Of a stretch of DNA of 34,460 nucleotides, positions 19,637 to 31,185 are shown in pieces. The first letter of the stretch is position 1; every line of letters begins with the position of its first letter. Position numbers and translations under genes: made by a program. The notes beneath the pieces were generated by a model. That model was not told the DNA's origin. It worked only from the letters and a program-made list of their open reading frames with translations, and ran no database searches. The DNA comes from Chiloscyllium plagiosum (lineage: Eukaryota). The stretch spans positions 1 to 34,460 of the forward strand of contig NW_025214960.1 in the NCBI RefSeq assembly GCF_004010195.1. Direction: 5' to 3'.

Positions 19637-20120
19637 TGTAATGGAAAATTAACATTTATTGTGAAATCTATAAAAGCATAGAGAAAAGAAAGAACTAGGG
19701 GCAAGTATTGCAGACAGACAGAAAAAAATGTAAAGGCAAACCTACCTAACAGAAGACTTACAAGGCCAGTTAAATTAACATAACAGTAGAGTTACAAGGT
19801 CAGTTAACTACCATATCAACAGTCAAGGAATGAGAGAAACAACTCCACATCTGGAAAGGAAATCGAATTTTCCAAGCTTCTGGCCTTGAGGTGTTGACAA
19901 GGAGAAGCAAAGTGAATCTAATCAAATCCAGATTGCAATTGGTAACCTTCACGTTACAGTATTATTGCATAAAAGGAATATGTGAATGATATCAGGCGCC
20001 CCTTACATGAGGCGTCTTCCCAATGTATCAGGTCCCTTTGTGAAGGTCTAATGGTCTAAAATAAACTTTTTTCTTTGGTCTTGCTACCATTTGAGTCGGA
20101 TCAATTTAATTTCCACAACA
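19637..20120 (+). repeat. ERV 3' LTR (complete, 484 bp)
   Basis: TGTAATGGAAAATTAA...TTAATTTCCACAACA with TG..CA ends and an imperfect terminal inverted repeat. AATAAA at 20060-20065. Homologous to 14013-14337. Confidence 0.9.
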
Positions 20121-20204
20121 ATACGAATGAGTGCTTCAGTGGCGAGCAGAAGTTTCAGTAGCTTGTTGGCAGGTGGAGAAGGTGCTCGCCTCTCACCCCG
20201 CGCG

Positions 20205-20900
20205 TTTTGTTTGGTTTTTTTGAAGGTGATTGGTTCGAAACCAACCAGAGATTAAGGTTTTCCGAACGTTTGCTGCCAATGACCATTCTTCTTGACACAT
20301 TCTCAAGTTCTCCGTGAAAGATTTAGGCTGTAGAAAATCGTTTAACACCCTCAGCTCTCCGGCGAATCCAAAAACCGACAGCTATTAACATGGAACAGAA
20401 ACAGAACTGACAAAGATAACTTATTTCCTGGCGCACCGAAGCATGAATGCTCTCTGTGAGGCAGTGTGAGTCATCCGGGTCAAGGACTGCTCGCACAAAT
20501 GGCAGCGAGGCAATTCCAAACGGTGCTCACAAACTCACTGGTGCCTTAGTGCACCACTGTTACCCGGAAAGTGCTCAAGTAATATAGTAAAGAACAGACT
20601 AACAGTGAACCACGAAAAGTGAAGATTACCAATTGCAATCTAGATTAGATGACGTTCACAATGCGCTGGTGCCTCCACCGGATCAAGAGGGCCGATCACC
20701 AGCCTCCGTCATGTGGACAGAAATGCAGGAATTGAGAGAAAAGTAACTCAGTGTCATGTTGCGATTGCCTTCTTTTTCGCCACAACAACAAAAAACGGCG
20801 AGCGGATTCAGTACACAATGTGGATTCACAACAGTGGTGAAATAACGATCTCTATTTACTTTCGGACAAAACAGTGAACAACGCAAATGACCTGGAATAT
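20205..20900 (+). repeat. Dispersed duplication block A (paralog 31830-32541), beginning with a tRNA-like T-arm
   Basis: Collinear shared words: GCCAATGACCA, CTTGACACATTC, CTCAGCTCTCC.GCGAATCCAA, GCAATTCCAAACG, AAAGTGCTCAAGTAA, CTGGTGCCTCCA, GAACAACGCAAA. A B-box hairpin TTGG-TTCGAAA-CCAA lies at ~20231-20245. Confidence 0.9.
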
Positions 20901-21114
20901 GCCAGTCCCCTATTATGCGGATGGCCTTTCCAGCTGGAGCTCACATGATAACCAAAGCGTGGACAGCTGGGGAACATAGCATGGACACTAACACGTTGGA
21001 GGCTCTGTACTGTGCCACATCGCAGCGTGGTTTAGAAATGATTAGGTTTTATTCTGTATAACTTCAAGATAGCTTACCCCGCCAAACGTTGCCAGTCTAA
21101 TCCATTAACAAAAG

Positions 21115-21187
21115 TGGCGACCATGGGATTCAAACCTAAGACCTAGAACTTAAAGGGTAGAATTTCAGCTTGCTCAGCCACCATGGC
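21115..21187 (-). pseudogene. tRNA-Leu-like relic (variable arm partly lost)
   Basis: Minus strand GTGGCTGAGC...TTTAAGTTCTAG...GGTTTGAATCCCATGGTCGCCA, with A-box/B-box remnants and a Leu-type 3' end. Confidence 0.5.
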
Positions 21188-22279
21188 AAACATGCGCAAA
21201 CTGGGAAGCGGAGACAATTTACCTGACAATACCTTGCAGCATGCTCACAACAAGTGCGCCTATTCTGCAGAATAAGCAGCAGAAACGTATTCCTGCACCT
21301 GAAAACTGCGTTAGCACTGAAATCCGAGAATGGCAGACCACGTAGCGAGGTTATTTGAAACGCGGTGCCATAACGAGTTGCAACTTTCCTTGTCTTTCTC
21401 CTTATCCGTATATTTTCCAGCAGAGCCATGAGCAAATGCCACCTGGCTGCCAGATGATTTGCAAACCTATGTGGGAATCGAAGAGATGCGACTCACTTGC
21501 TGTCAGTAAATCAAACGGTTCTCACTTAGAGTTGTACAATAATCAGTTTCTAAACATATTGAAAGAAGGTCAAAAGCGATCTGAGATGTGAAATAGGTGC
21601 TAACTGTACGTGATTGTTCTTTGTTCGATGTGCGAAATGGTCTCCCTCTTTAGTCTAATTCATGTCTCTTGTTGATGATTGAATCAGACAGAAGGCGCTT
21701 CACCAGTGTTGCATTTGACTTGCATTCCCCTCTCTCCCTGGTCATACTTTCCTACAGCACTGTGATATCAAGAAAATAAAATGGATACAATGACATTCGG
21801 CACCCTGTCCGTAGTTTCCTCAATATCAGTTGGATTGATTTCAGACTACATCATAATATTAGTGACTGTATGCGAGTGTGAGTCAAGCAGCTCATCTGAG
21901 TGCGTAAATCTTTTCATTCCTGTTGATGACTGAATGAGATGTAAGCATGCTCGAATGTGCGAACTGCTCCAAAACACGATTGAAGATTTCTGGTTTTGGT
22001 TCACACAGGTTGAGTACACCAGACCGCGTCGAAATGAGGCGTTTCATAGCCCACTTTGGGATGCATTTAACAGAGACTACATCAGGAATCAAGTGCTCGC
22101 TGTGACAGGAGCAAATGAGTGTTCCCCTTGACACTGATCCAGGACGCCTTCACATGTAAAGCAAATGCCTTACTGCAGGTACAGAAAGGATAAATGCCCG
22201 GTAACTGTGCTCTGCAAGTGGACGCCCATCGAGGTATACAAATCGAAGCATATCCCCAACCAGGGCGGAGAGAAATTTA

Positions 22280-22395
22280 GTTGAGAGTGTGCTGCTGGAA
22301 AAGCACAGCAGGTCAGGCAGCATCCGAGCATCAGGAGAAACGGCGTTTCTGGCAGTAGCGCTTCATCATCTCCAGTCCTCACTTTATCCGAGGAG
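22280..22395 (-). mobile_element. PLE terminal-repeat fragment (same family as 1511-1606)
   Basis: GTGTGCTGCTGGAAAAGCACAGCAGGTCAGGCAGCATCCGAG...CGTTTC...CTTCATCA. The minus strand carries a decayed (A)TGATGA...GAAAC motif. Confidence 0.8.
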
Positions 22396-22567
22396 AGAAG
22401 GTCAGCGAAGTTTCACACAGTGATAAATTGGAATTGTAATTCTTTTCAGCACAGCAGCAGATATGGGCGAGCAAATTCAAAGCAGGTTTGTTCATGAGAA
22501 CAACAAGCACGAATGCTCTGTTCCCAACAATTCAAAAATCTACAGCATGTACCAAGGGGATAAACCA

Positions 22568-22642
22568 AACTCCAGCTTGATTTTGAACTGGGGTCGTTGA
22601 GGGTATGACGTGAACGGGGAAACGACGTCACAACCGTGCAAC
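22568..22642 (-). pseudogene. tRNA-Val-like relic
   Basis: A 52-nt minus-strand stretch GTCGTTTCCCCGTTCACGTCATACCCTCAACGACCCCAGTTCAAAATCAAGC aligns ungapped (about two-thirds identity) to vertebrate tRNA-Val-CAC as I recall it. Confidence 0.45.
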
Positions 22643-22755
22643 CGTGTCTGCTGACATTCGTAGAGCACTGAAATTGTCAGCCGCTCAATGCACTGCCTTG
22701 CTGTTTCGAGTAGATTAATGTTGTCCGGGGTTGTGAGCATGATTGAAAATGTTAG

Positions 22756-23160
22756 GAGAGGTAATAATAAAAGAGAAGCTGAGTATAAAAGTGGAAATCA
22801 GGAGATATCCAATAAAGCTAAGTGTGCAGAACGGCACAGGGAGATAGACATGGAACAAGAAGTGTCACTGATCCCGAAATCTTAACTCTGTTTGGCTTTC
22901 CAGTTTACTTCCAGACCTTCTGAGATTTTCCAGCAATTTCTTTTGTTGGTACAGAAATAGAAGATGGGAGAGTGATCCTGGACCAATCCGTTCTTTCTGC
23001 TCTGTGGATATATGACTTCCCTGTTCAACCGGATCACTTCTGTCCCACAGTGAATCCTCACAACCCTGCCCCACCCCCACTCCTGTTACTGACAATAAAC
23101 TGTTCATTACATAAACCCACATGAGCACACAACATGATAGTTTTCCTTATGAATTGGGAA
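22756..23160 (+). repeat. Dispersed duplication block B (paralog 29225-29640)
   Basis: Shared collinear words: TAATAAAAGA, AAGTGTCACT, GAGATTTTCCAG, TTGGTACAGAAA, CCTGGACCAATC, CTGCTCTGTGGA, ATTACATAA. Confidence 0.9.
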
Positions 23161-23164
23161 ACAA

Positions 23165-23750
23165 GTGGCCATTCCCATTCAGTGTCTTGGAGCACTTTCG
23201 TGAACTCCTTGATTTCCCATGATATTTTATATGGCTCCTTATTGAGTGCTTGATAGAAATTCAAAAAGACTATACTGAGCAGCTCCTTTGATCAACTCTG
23301 CTGGTCATGTTAGCAAGGAAATCTGGCAAATTGGCAAGTGTGATATTCCTGTCAATAAATAATGTTGACTCAGTTTGACTGCAAACATCTCTTCCTAACT
23401 TTGTGTTTTTATTCTTTTAAAATATTGTCTAGCATTTTCCAAATGACAGCAAATACGTTAAAGCAGGTAGAAGCAATTTAGCCCATCAAGTCAGAGATAG
23501 CTTTCAAAGATATCCCGGCTTATTTGTTTAATCCTCAACTCCCCTTTTTAGCCTTATCTCCATGGCCTTTGATTGTGGACTGACTAAATGTCTGTCTATA
23601 TCAGCCTTGAATACACACAGTCTTGATAGCCCTCTGTTGGATGGATTTGCTATCCTCTGAAAGAGAGAATATCTTCCTCATCGGAGACTTACATGTTTGA
23701 TCCCTTCCGATGTGATTAGGCCCTCTGGTCCCACATCTTCCCAGGTGTAA
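23165..23750 (-). mobile_element. Old CR1 fragments (RT piece ~23165-23450 and 3' end ~23455-23750)
   Basis: Minus-strand NFYQALNKEPY (decayed DFxKAFDKVPH) and SQH remnants. A CR1 3'-UTR-like segment follows. Confidence 0.6.
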
Positions 23751-24034
23751 ATCAGAGAAGAATAAACACCTGAAGGTCGGTCTGCACTCTGCAGAGCTAG
23801 CTGTGAGTATTTGAAACATTTTCATACCTTGACCTCTGATTAAACAATATACCTGAATTGCACATTAGATTTGCCAATAGTGAAACGTCATCAAGAGCAC
23901 TTCATTGGCTGTAATTCAGCTGGTGGTGAAAGCGCCAGACAAATACAATGATTTTTCTTTCCTCGATTCATTGCTATGTTTATTAATTTCTCTGCACATG
24001 AAAATCGATCCTTCCCATCCACTTTAATGAATTG

Positions 24035-24170
24035 GATTCCCTCCAGAGTAGCCCTTCGGCCCGGTTAGTTCGCACCGACCCTCTGAAGAGCAACCCACCC
24101 TGACCCATTTCCCTGTAAATAATGTACTCAACACTATCGGCAATTTACCATGGCCAATTCACCTTTTGCA
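24035..24170 (-). mobile_element. HE1 SINE 3' half
   Basis: GCCCTTCGGCCC...CACCGACCCTCTGAAGAGCAACCCACCC...GGCAATTTACCATGGCCAATTCACCT is the reverse complement of the HE1 body and tail. Confidence 0.8.
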
Positions 24171-25644
24171 GTATTCTCTGAATGTACGATGCAAAAGTAC
24201 AAGTTTACATTTGATTCCTTTAATCACAGTCCTCTGTTTCCTGATCCTGGTCAGTGGCAAGTTTTCTACCTGCTCGCAAAAGCGCCAATCCCCACCGCCC
24301 CCCTCCACATCATTATAAACAGCCGCAGGAAATCTCTGGTTAACCTTCTTCGCTCCAAAGTGAAACATAACAACCTCTGGACTCTCCTCAAAAAGCAAAT
24401 TCTCATTCCCGGACATGGTGCAAGACAAAGGATAGTGAAGAGATTTTGGGGAAATATTGTCAGTTGACAGCAGAAAAATATTAAGGAGACAAAACACGGA
24501 AACCAGTCTCCAGCTGTGTGGATCTTCAAAAACATGTTGAGAAGTGGAATCGGAGGCGAATGGGCATGGGTGAACTGTCGGACTGAGCAGAGACAGTCAA
24601 GACAGCCTCCCCTTCTTTAAAGGGAGAAGACATTAACTCTGATGTTCTTGGGACACGTACTGATCTGAGACATTTGGACTCCGGGACAATGAAAAAGTGC
24701 GGGTCAGACAAACACTGAGAGGCTCCAACCCAGACTGTCCCGGTTGTAAGTGAGCTGGTTACCCGTTACATGGGTATGTCTGCAGTGGGTGGGATCAGAC
24801 TCTTCCGATGCCTCCATAATGAACGTTCCTGGCTTTATTTTGGAAAAGTACATCTGATAGAGGACAGTTGTCATTCTGGGAAGGGCAGACTGAAGTTGAG
24901 ATTCAGTAGCAGCCTACTTTGGAGGATCGTGCGAGTTGCTGGATTGCACATATCAGCGCATTCGGCTGCTGAATGAAATATAGCTGATTCAAGAGTCCCC
25001 AGGGAGACAGTGATAGCTGTCTTTAATGCATCTGTTAGCTTTGCTGCACTGTTTCGGTGTCTAATGAGGTCAGAAAGATAGTCTCCAAATAGAAACTTTA
25101 CCGTGTGACGAACAACAAAGACATTTCCGCTTTCAAGATTAATGTCAAAAAAGAAACTGCTGCAGAAACTAGCTGATTTAGGAGTACCTTTGGGAGTAAA
25201 CACAATGCTGATGGAGTTCTGAAACATTGTCCCTGAAAGTCTCTCCAGAGATGCTACCAGATCTGCTGGGTTTCTCCTGCAAATTCTGTTTTTATTTTAA
25301 CTGAATGCCCAATCCATCTATCAGAATGATACAAACAGTCTCACCATGCACCGACATTTTACGCGTTTGTAAGCTGTGAAATGGTTGGATTCAAATTAAA
25401 CTAATAATGATTTACTCTCCCTCAGCTCCACAAGGAGACGTACCTGGAAAGTGAAGTCAGTGTCATCCTGTCGTCGTGGAGGAGTGGTAAATGCAATGTA
25501 ATTGAAATTTATATGGCTTTCACCATGCAGCCTCGAATCCTACTGATTGCGATAGAGAAATGTCAAACAATGCAATGGGAGATTGCTCTCTGTCTTCGAC
25601 TGCAAGAGTCAACTCAAAACGAAAAACGAATACGGACACATTGG

Positions 25645-25865
25645 AAATGGTGGCAATCTGCAACTCACTGCCTACCAGGGTGCAGCAAGCAGAAATTTCC
25701 AGAGAAATTTGAGAGGCATTGAGATGTACACTTCTATCACCAACTGCGTTTGAAGCTGTGAACCAACAGTTGGAAAAATGAGACGAGGACATTCAGGGAC
25801 CTGTATTCGACTGGTGCAAATTGTTGAGCTGAAGTGCATTTTCTGTGCTGCAGAAATCTTTGACC
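25645..25865 (+). mobile_element. Old CR1 3' end
   Basis: VAICNSLPTRVQQAE (decayed WNSLP motif) followed by a 3'-UTR-like tail ...TTCTGTGCTGCAGAAATCTTTGA. Confidence 0.55.
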
Positions 25866-28581
25866 GTCTGCGGTGATGTGCTTGGAGAATCTAGCGGATG
25901 TGAAGCACGTTAAATTAGTCTAATCCTGAGATCTCTCCTCCACTCGGGGGATTTGTCTCTGTGTCCACCTGTGAGGGTGAAAATGAGGATGATTTCCTCG
26001 GCAGGACTATAAAATAGCGTAACCATGTCAAAGTTCAGTCCCATTGTTGTGCCATTTAAGAGCACAGGGAGACTTTCATTGAAATTTACCCTGGAAACAT
26101 CAGAACATGCAAGGTTATGGCCTCATGCTGGAAACTGGGACCCGAGTAGATGAATGTCCGATGAACCGTTCTGAAGATGGGCGGAAAGTCCTTTTCCACG
26201 CTGAAAGAAATGGAAGAATGAAAGAAAATGATATACAGCTGAAATGTTCACAAATGATAAAGTAAAAAGGGATTCATTAATAAAACCTAAAGCGCCATTT
26301 TTCATTTTCCCTGGAAGTGTACTGGTAAGGATTTAGTGCATTCACTGCTGTGGCTTTGGGAGTTTTCCTCTGACCGCTTATCTTGTTGACATCCTTCCAA
26401 AAGCAGGGAATGTTGTATGGAGCTGGCAATTGATGGAGTTTTGTGACCAGCACGATTCAGACTAGCATAAAACAAAGAACTGCGAATCCTGTAAATCTGA
26501 ATCAAAAACAGGAATTGACAGCGAAACTCAGCTGGCCTGACAGCATATGTGGAGAGAAACAGATTTTATGCTTCACATCGATAGAATCAGACGACTTATG
26601 CATTTAAAATGCTTTAGTTCCTGGGTAATTATCAGTTTCACTTCGCTAATCAGCATACTTATCAAAGTCTCTCATTAGTTGACAAACGTCATCTGCAAAA
26701 AGTAAAATGTTTTTATCGGCTGTAATGCTGTTGCTGTTGCTTTGAGTTGGTGAAGGGCTGGCCATTATTCATTACCTTCTTCTTCTCCTTTTTGTCCATG
26801 AGCAGCCACGTTGAATGGAGACTTTCTGTTTTCAGTGTCTACCTTCATACGCCTATCTATTTGTTTCTGTTTGTTTCTCTGTAGCATCTCACGCTCTTCT
26901 ACATTCTCCCACTCTTTGTCTGTCAGTATCCCTAATTTTCCATTTCTACTCCTGGGAAAGTCTGAAATTCAGAGACAGTTTGTGAGTATACCTGCTAAGT
27001 GGTTTTGTCCGCCCCGCTTGGCTGGAGTGTGTAGAACTGGGTTCACATTCTCCAGGTAATGTCTCTGTCACCTATTTCTGAGGTCAGGTGACATTTCTTC
27101 ACTCAAAACATTACGAGCTTTTACAATTCTAAAAGTAATTCATAATCGATCCGAAAAAGAAAACCAGTTTCACTTCAATTATGCGATTTCAATGACGCCA
27201 TTGCTGTTTGCCTAAAATTAATGAATGGTGACAGCAGACAATGAGAGCCAACATCTCGCAGTGGAAGTGTCATTACCACAACAATGCCTTGCAAGTCTGC
27301 AGTGTCGCCTGCTTCACATCATTATTCCCAAAAAATCTCAGAATGGCTGATGGAGAATAAAATTAGAAGAGATGAAGATTTCCTTTTCGAACAAAGTAAA
27401 GAATCTCTGGCGTTGAATTAGCAGGACTGAACATTGACTAACAAGTCCGCAGCAGGTGGAAGGGCTTGGTATCACGAAATAACAACAGGCTGAGCTCAAA
27501 CAAGAGAAGCATACTGAGCCGTCACTTTCGCGATGTTGGATCAACAATACGTCTTTTACAAGAAGTTGAAGAAATGAACTTTCAATGTACAGGGCATTTG
27601 ACAGCATTTTACACAGTAGCGCCTGGTTATTACCAGATGCTTTAACTGACGAAGCCACAGACTCTGTTCTTCAAACACACATGTGCATTAAATTAACTAT
27701 TTGATCACAGTAACTCGGCCTTCCTTTCTGCAATAAAGCTGCTCGACAAGAATTTATATCAACCTCCGCTTATGTAGTAAAGAACAGTTAACAGCTGGTC
27801 ATCTCCACTGAAAATACACAGAAGGAGGCAATCTCTTCTTGCTTTGCTTTCAAACTGATGCCTTTACTTTTTAAATCTGACAGGAGAAAGAGGATGCGTT
27901 GATCCTCTTGGAGCCGATTAACCGCGTGAATATGCACAGAGGGAATCTCATACTAAGAGACGAGGGTAATTGTGGTGAATTTACCAGGAGTGGTGTGTGA
28001 GTCGGTGTTAACAGTGGGCAGCAAGGGCTAACCTATTTGCACTGACATTGAGCCTTGCACCACCAGCAACTCACTCACTCCCTGCCGCATGCCTCGCAGT
28101 CATCATTGACTTTCAGTTTATCGTACTCCCCCTTTGAAACTTCTCACTTGTCCTGACCACTTTCGGCTGTCCACTTAGAAACTGCAGCTTTTAGATACGA
28201 ACTTCTCGAGTATGCCCGTCACTCTTTGGGACAGGCTTCACTACCCATCCATAATTACTCCAGATATTAAGATGGTAAGGTTCTTTACAGAATCCTGGAA
28301 GCCCTCAGTACAGAGGTACAGCAATGATGTCGCGAGGGAGGGATTTCCAGGAATTAGAGCCAGCGACATTGATGGAACAGCGAGATAGTTTCAGCTCAGA
28401 AAGCAAGATCCTTAGATGGGATTTGCGGTGACAGTTTTCTCGTGTATCTGCCGCCATTATCCTTCTAGATAGATGCAAACAATCACTGGATTGATTCCGG
28501 CAGGTTCCGCGTCTGTGCTCTGTGTGGAAGCAGGAAATGGTTTTCATTCCGATAATCCACAAGAAGACAACGAAATCATCA

Positions 28582-28650
28582 TTTCCTGACTGGGAATTGT
28601 ATCCAGGTCTGGGTGATTCACACTCAGACTCTGAAGCAGGGACTCTATTG
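28582..28650 (-). pseudogene. tRNA-Glu-like 3' half relic
   Basis: Minus strand GACCTGGATACAATTCCCAGTCAGGAAA resembles the tRNA-Glu 3' end (GCCCGGGTTCGATTCCCGGTCAGGGAA). Confidence 0.4.
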
Positions 28651-28949
28651 ATTCTAACAATATCCCTTGTGACTTAATCTGTCGAAACTCTTATGCCGGT
28701 TGTTCTTTCTCCCCACATTTTGGTGCACTGATCGTTTCCATGCGTGGTGAAGGAGCTAACTACTCCCTCGCAGAAACGCAGTGGGGCCAGAGACCCGATC
28801 TATCTGTCTCGCAGCGGGGATTGCTTTGCCCAGAAATGACCGAATGTGCTGTATGGGACTGAAACTGAGCAGGATCACACACAGGCACGCTGCAACACCT
28901 GCCTGCAGATGAGGAGATGGTTGGGGCGGATTCAGACCCACTATGAGAT

Positions 28950-29098
28950 AAATACTGGATCCTAAATTCACGGGGACGAAGTGTCACAGAGAGAAGGCTG
29001 GAGAATTTATGTTGGGAATGACATCAGCCATGATCAAATAGCCGGACAGACTAGCTGGGTTGAAAGCTCTAATTGTCCTCCGATGCCTTCTGGTCTCT
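28950..29098 (+). mobile_element. CR1-type 3' tail fragment
   Basis: GAGAAGGCTGGAGAAT...ATCAGCCATGATCAAATAGCCGGACAGACT...TCCTCCGATGCCTTCTGGTCT resembles shark CR1 3' UTRs. Confidence 0.6.
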
Positions 29099-29224
29099 GC
29101 CCATCTGGTATCAAAGGAAATAGAAACAGAGTAAATTGTTCAGTTCGAAGTCCTCCGGTCATAACTGGGTGAAGTGAGAAATGGAACAGGTCTGATATAA
29201 ATTTAGAGACTGGGAAAATGGTAG

Positions 29225-29534
29225 ATGAGGATATAATAAAAGAAAAACTGAGCATAAAGTTGCAAGTCAGGAGTTATTCAATAAAAAGCAAGGGTGTGGT
29301 AAGGCAGAGGGAGATGGATATGGAAAAATAAGTGTCACTCGTTTTGAAGTCTTAACCCTGTTTCAGTTCCAAAATGCAACCAGAACAGTGGAGATTTTCC
29401 AGAAATTTATTTTATTGGTACAGAAACAGAAAATGGGAGTGTGACCCTGGACCAATCAGCTCTCTCTGCTCTGTGGACGTTTGAATTCCTCGTTCGACCA
29501 CATCACCTCTGACCCACAGGGAAACCTCACCATC

Positions 29535-29585
<51 letters not shown>

Positions 29586-29640
29586 TTACATAATCCCACG
29601 TGGGCACACATCGGGATGATTTGCCGAGTGAATTGGGATA
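29225..29640 (+). repeat. Dispersed duplication block B'
   Basis: Paralog of 22756-23160. Confidence 0.9.
29538..29582. repeat. C45 homopolymer
   Basis: Direct count of 45 consecutive C. Confidence 0.95.
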
Positions 29641-30022
29641 CGTTCAGGGAGGGTTCCATTCGCTTTCCATCAGCGCATTCTGAATAATTTAAATTTGGTT
29701 CAGCTCCATTTGACATAGAACCGTCACTGTCAATCGCCCCAGCAAGTGACCATTCGCATTCCATGTGTCTGGATACTTTGGTTGGTGCACGGTTGGAGTA
29801 GAACACCATGGTTTGAAATGGACATTGTTTTTCGGATATTCGGCTGCACTGATAAACTTGTCTCTGGCACTTCCGGTGAAGTGAAAACAGTTGATCAAAC
29901 GAAGAGGTGATCAAAAGCAGTGGGACTAACGCATCAACAAAAGCAGTAAGAGCCAACGAATGCGCTCTTGTCTGGGGTTGCAACATGGTAAGTGGAACGA
30001 AGATCTGCGAACCTATAAACAG

Positions 30023-30095
30023 ATGAAAGTGCACAGCTGGAACCCACCACACTGAGATTATAGGTCGTATGCTCCACGGACTGAGCTAGCTGGGA
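30023..30095 (-). pseudogene. tRNA-Lys(CTT)-derived pseudogene (anticodon mutated to TAT)
   Basis: Minus strand CCCAGCTAGCTCAGTCCGTGGAGCATACGACCTATAATCTCAGTGTGGTGGGTTCCAGC is collinear with vertebrate tRNA-Lys-CTT. The 3' acceptor strand is lost. Confidence 0.8.
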
Positions 30096-31103
30096 ATGTC
30101 ATGAGGGTGGTTAGATTATCATTTCATGCTGAGCATAATTCATCTAGCACTGCAACTTGCAACGATCTAATTCATTCTTTCCGGTTACAAGAAATATCAT
30201 GCACACCTTTCATTTCTCAGCTGTTATTCCTTCAGAACATTCCAATCCATTTAGGACTTGCCCTGGGATTCAAGATTCAATGTTAATATTTTCATATTTT
30301 TACCCTGATCCTTGGGTCCCAAAGTGATTCTCAGTCACTCTGGCAGACAGCAAATAAACCGGGAAATTTCCAAGGGAAAACAAATCATTTCTGACTAGAC
30401 TGCAGGGAATATCATCTGCTGACGAGACAGAGTCCTCACAATTAACACTTTGTTTGTAATTCCTGCCGACAACTTTTGCCAATTCTCATTTTCGAGACAG
30501 GTGTTTTGTTTATAAAATGTTCCAAGAACGGGAACAATCTCCTGAAGCCATTTCCAGTTTACATTGGAATTTTTGCCCCTCTCACACTGGGACAGCTGTA
30601 ACTGAGGAAGGAATTTCCATGAGCTGTGTCCCAGAGCTGAGCGTGAAGCCTCTGATTGAAGCTGCAGTGTCTGCCTTCTGTTGGCAGGGCTTGTAGAGAG
30701 TGGGGTCACATTCTGCTGCGCATAACTGCCTCACTCACTGCGGACTGAGGGTCAATTGTAGTTGCGTTCTCGTGATTGCAATATCGGTACATGGCCGCTC
30801 TCAGTGCTTGACCTGAAATATTTGAGGCTCTGTGCCCTGCCTGGGCGAGGAGTACCAATCTTTCAGCCAAATGCGCTGACCATTTGAGACACAGAAACTG
30901 GCACCAAAATTGGCCCTGCTTCTATCCGAGTGCAAAGTGGTCGAGAGGATTTAGACAGCAGCAGCTCTCACTATTTTAAGAGTCAGTCGCTAATATTTCC
31001 TGTTTATCGCGTAGAGGATGAGAGGCCTGACAAGGTACAAACACTCCCCGGAGCTATGTAGTGCTGTCAAACATAACAGAATGCAGTGGCTTACTCGCAA
31101 AGT

Positions 31104-31185
31104 TGGCAACAGTGGGATTCAAACCCACGACTCACTGGAGACTGCAGCACAAACCCAACGCCTTAAACGACTCGAACACACTACC
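31104..31185 (-). pseudogene. tRNA-Leu (AAG/TAG family) pseudogene
   Basis: Minus strand GGTAGTGTGTTCGAGTCGTTTAAGGCGTTGGGTTTGTGCTGCAGTCTCCAGTGAGTCGTGGGTTTGAATCCCACTGTTGCCA, 82 nt with a long variable arm. Acceptor and T stems are largely paired, while the anticodon arm is mutated. Confidence 0.85.

Larger units (their letters stand above)
14013..20120 (+). mobile_element. Defective endogenous retrovirus (class I, epsilon/gamma-like): LTR-gag-pro-pol-env-LTR
   Basis: Ordered remnants of a CCHC knuckle, protease DTG, RT N-terminus and connection, RNase H, integrase and gamma-type env. PPT and two homologous LTRs are present. Confidence 0.95.

Noticed and set aside
24230..25230. Cluster of overlapping 60-118 aa ORFs with coding-like composition
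   Set aside because: No recognisable motif, stops in every frame and no confident splice structure. It may be a decayed exon but I cannot support that.
27338..27660. Purine-rich stretch resembling a coiled-coil exon on +
   Set aside because: Multiple stops in all + frames and no identifiable family.
30023..30095. Functional anticodon-switched tRNA (Lys body with TAT anticodon)
   Set aside because: Acceptor stem and anticodon stem are broken, so the change is best explained as neutral decay.
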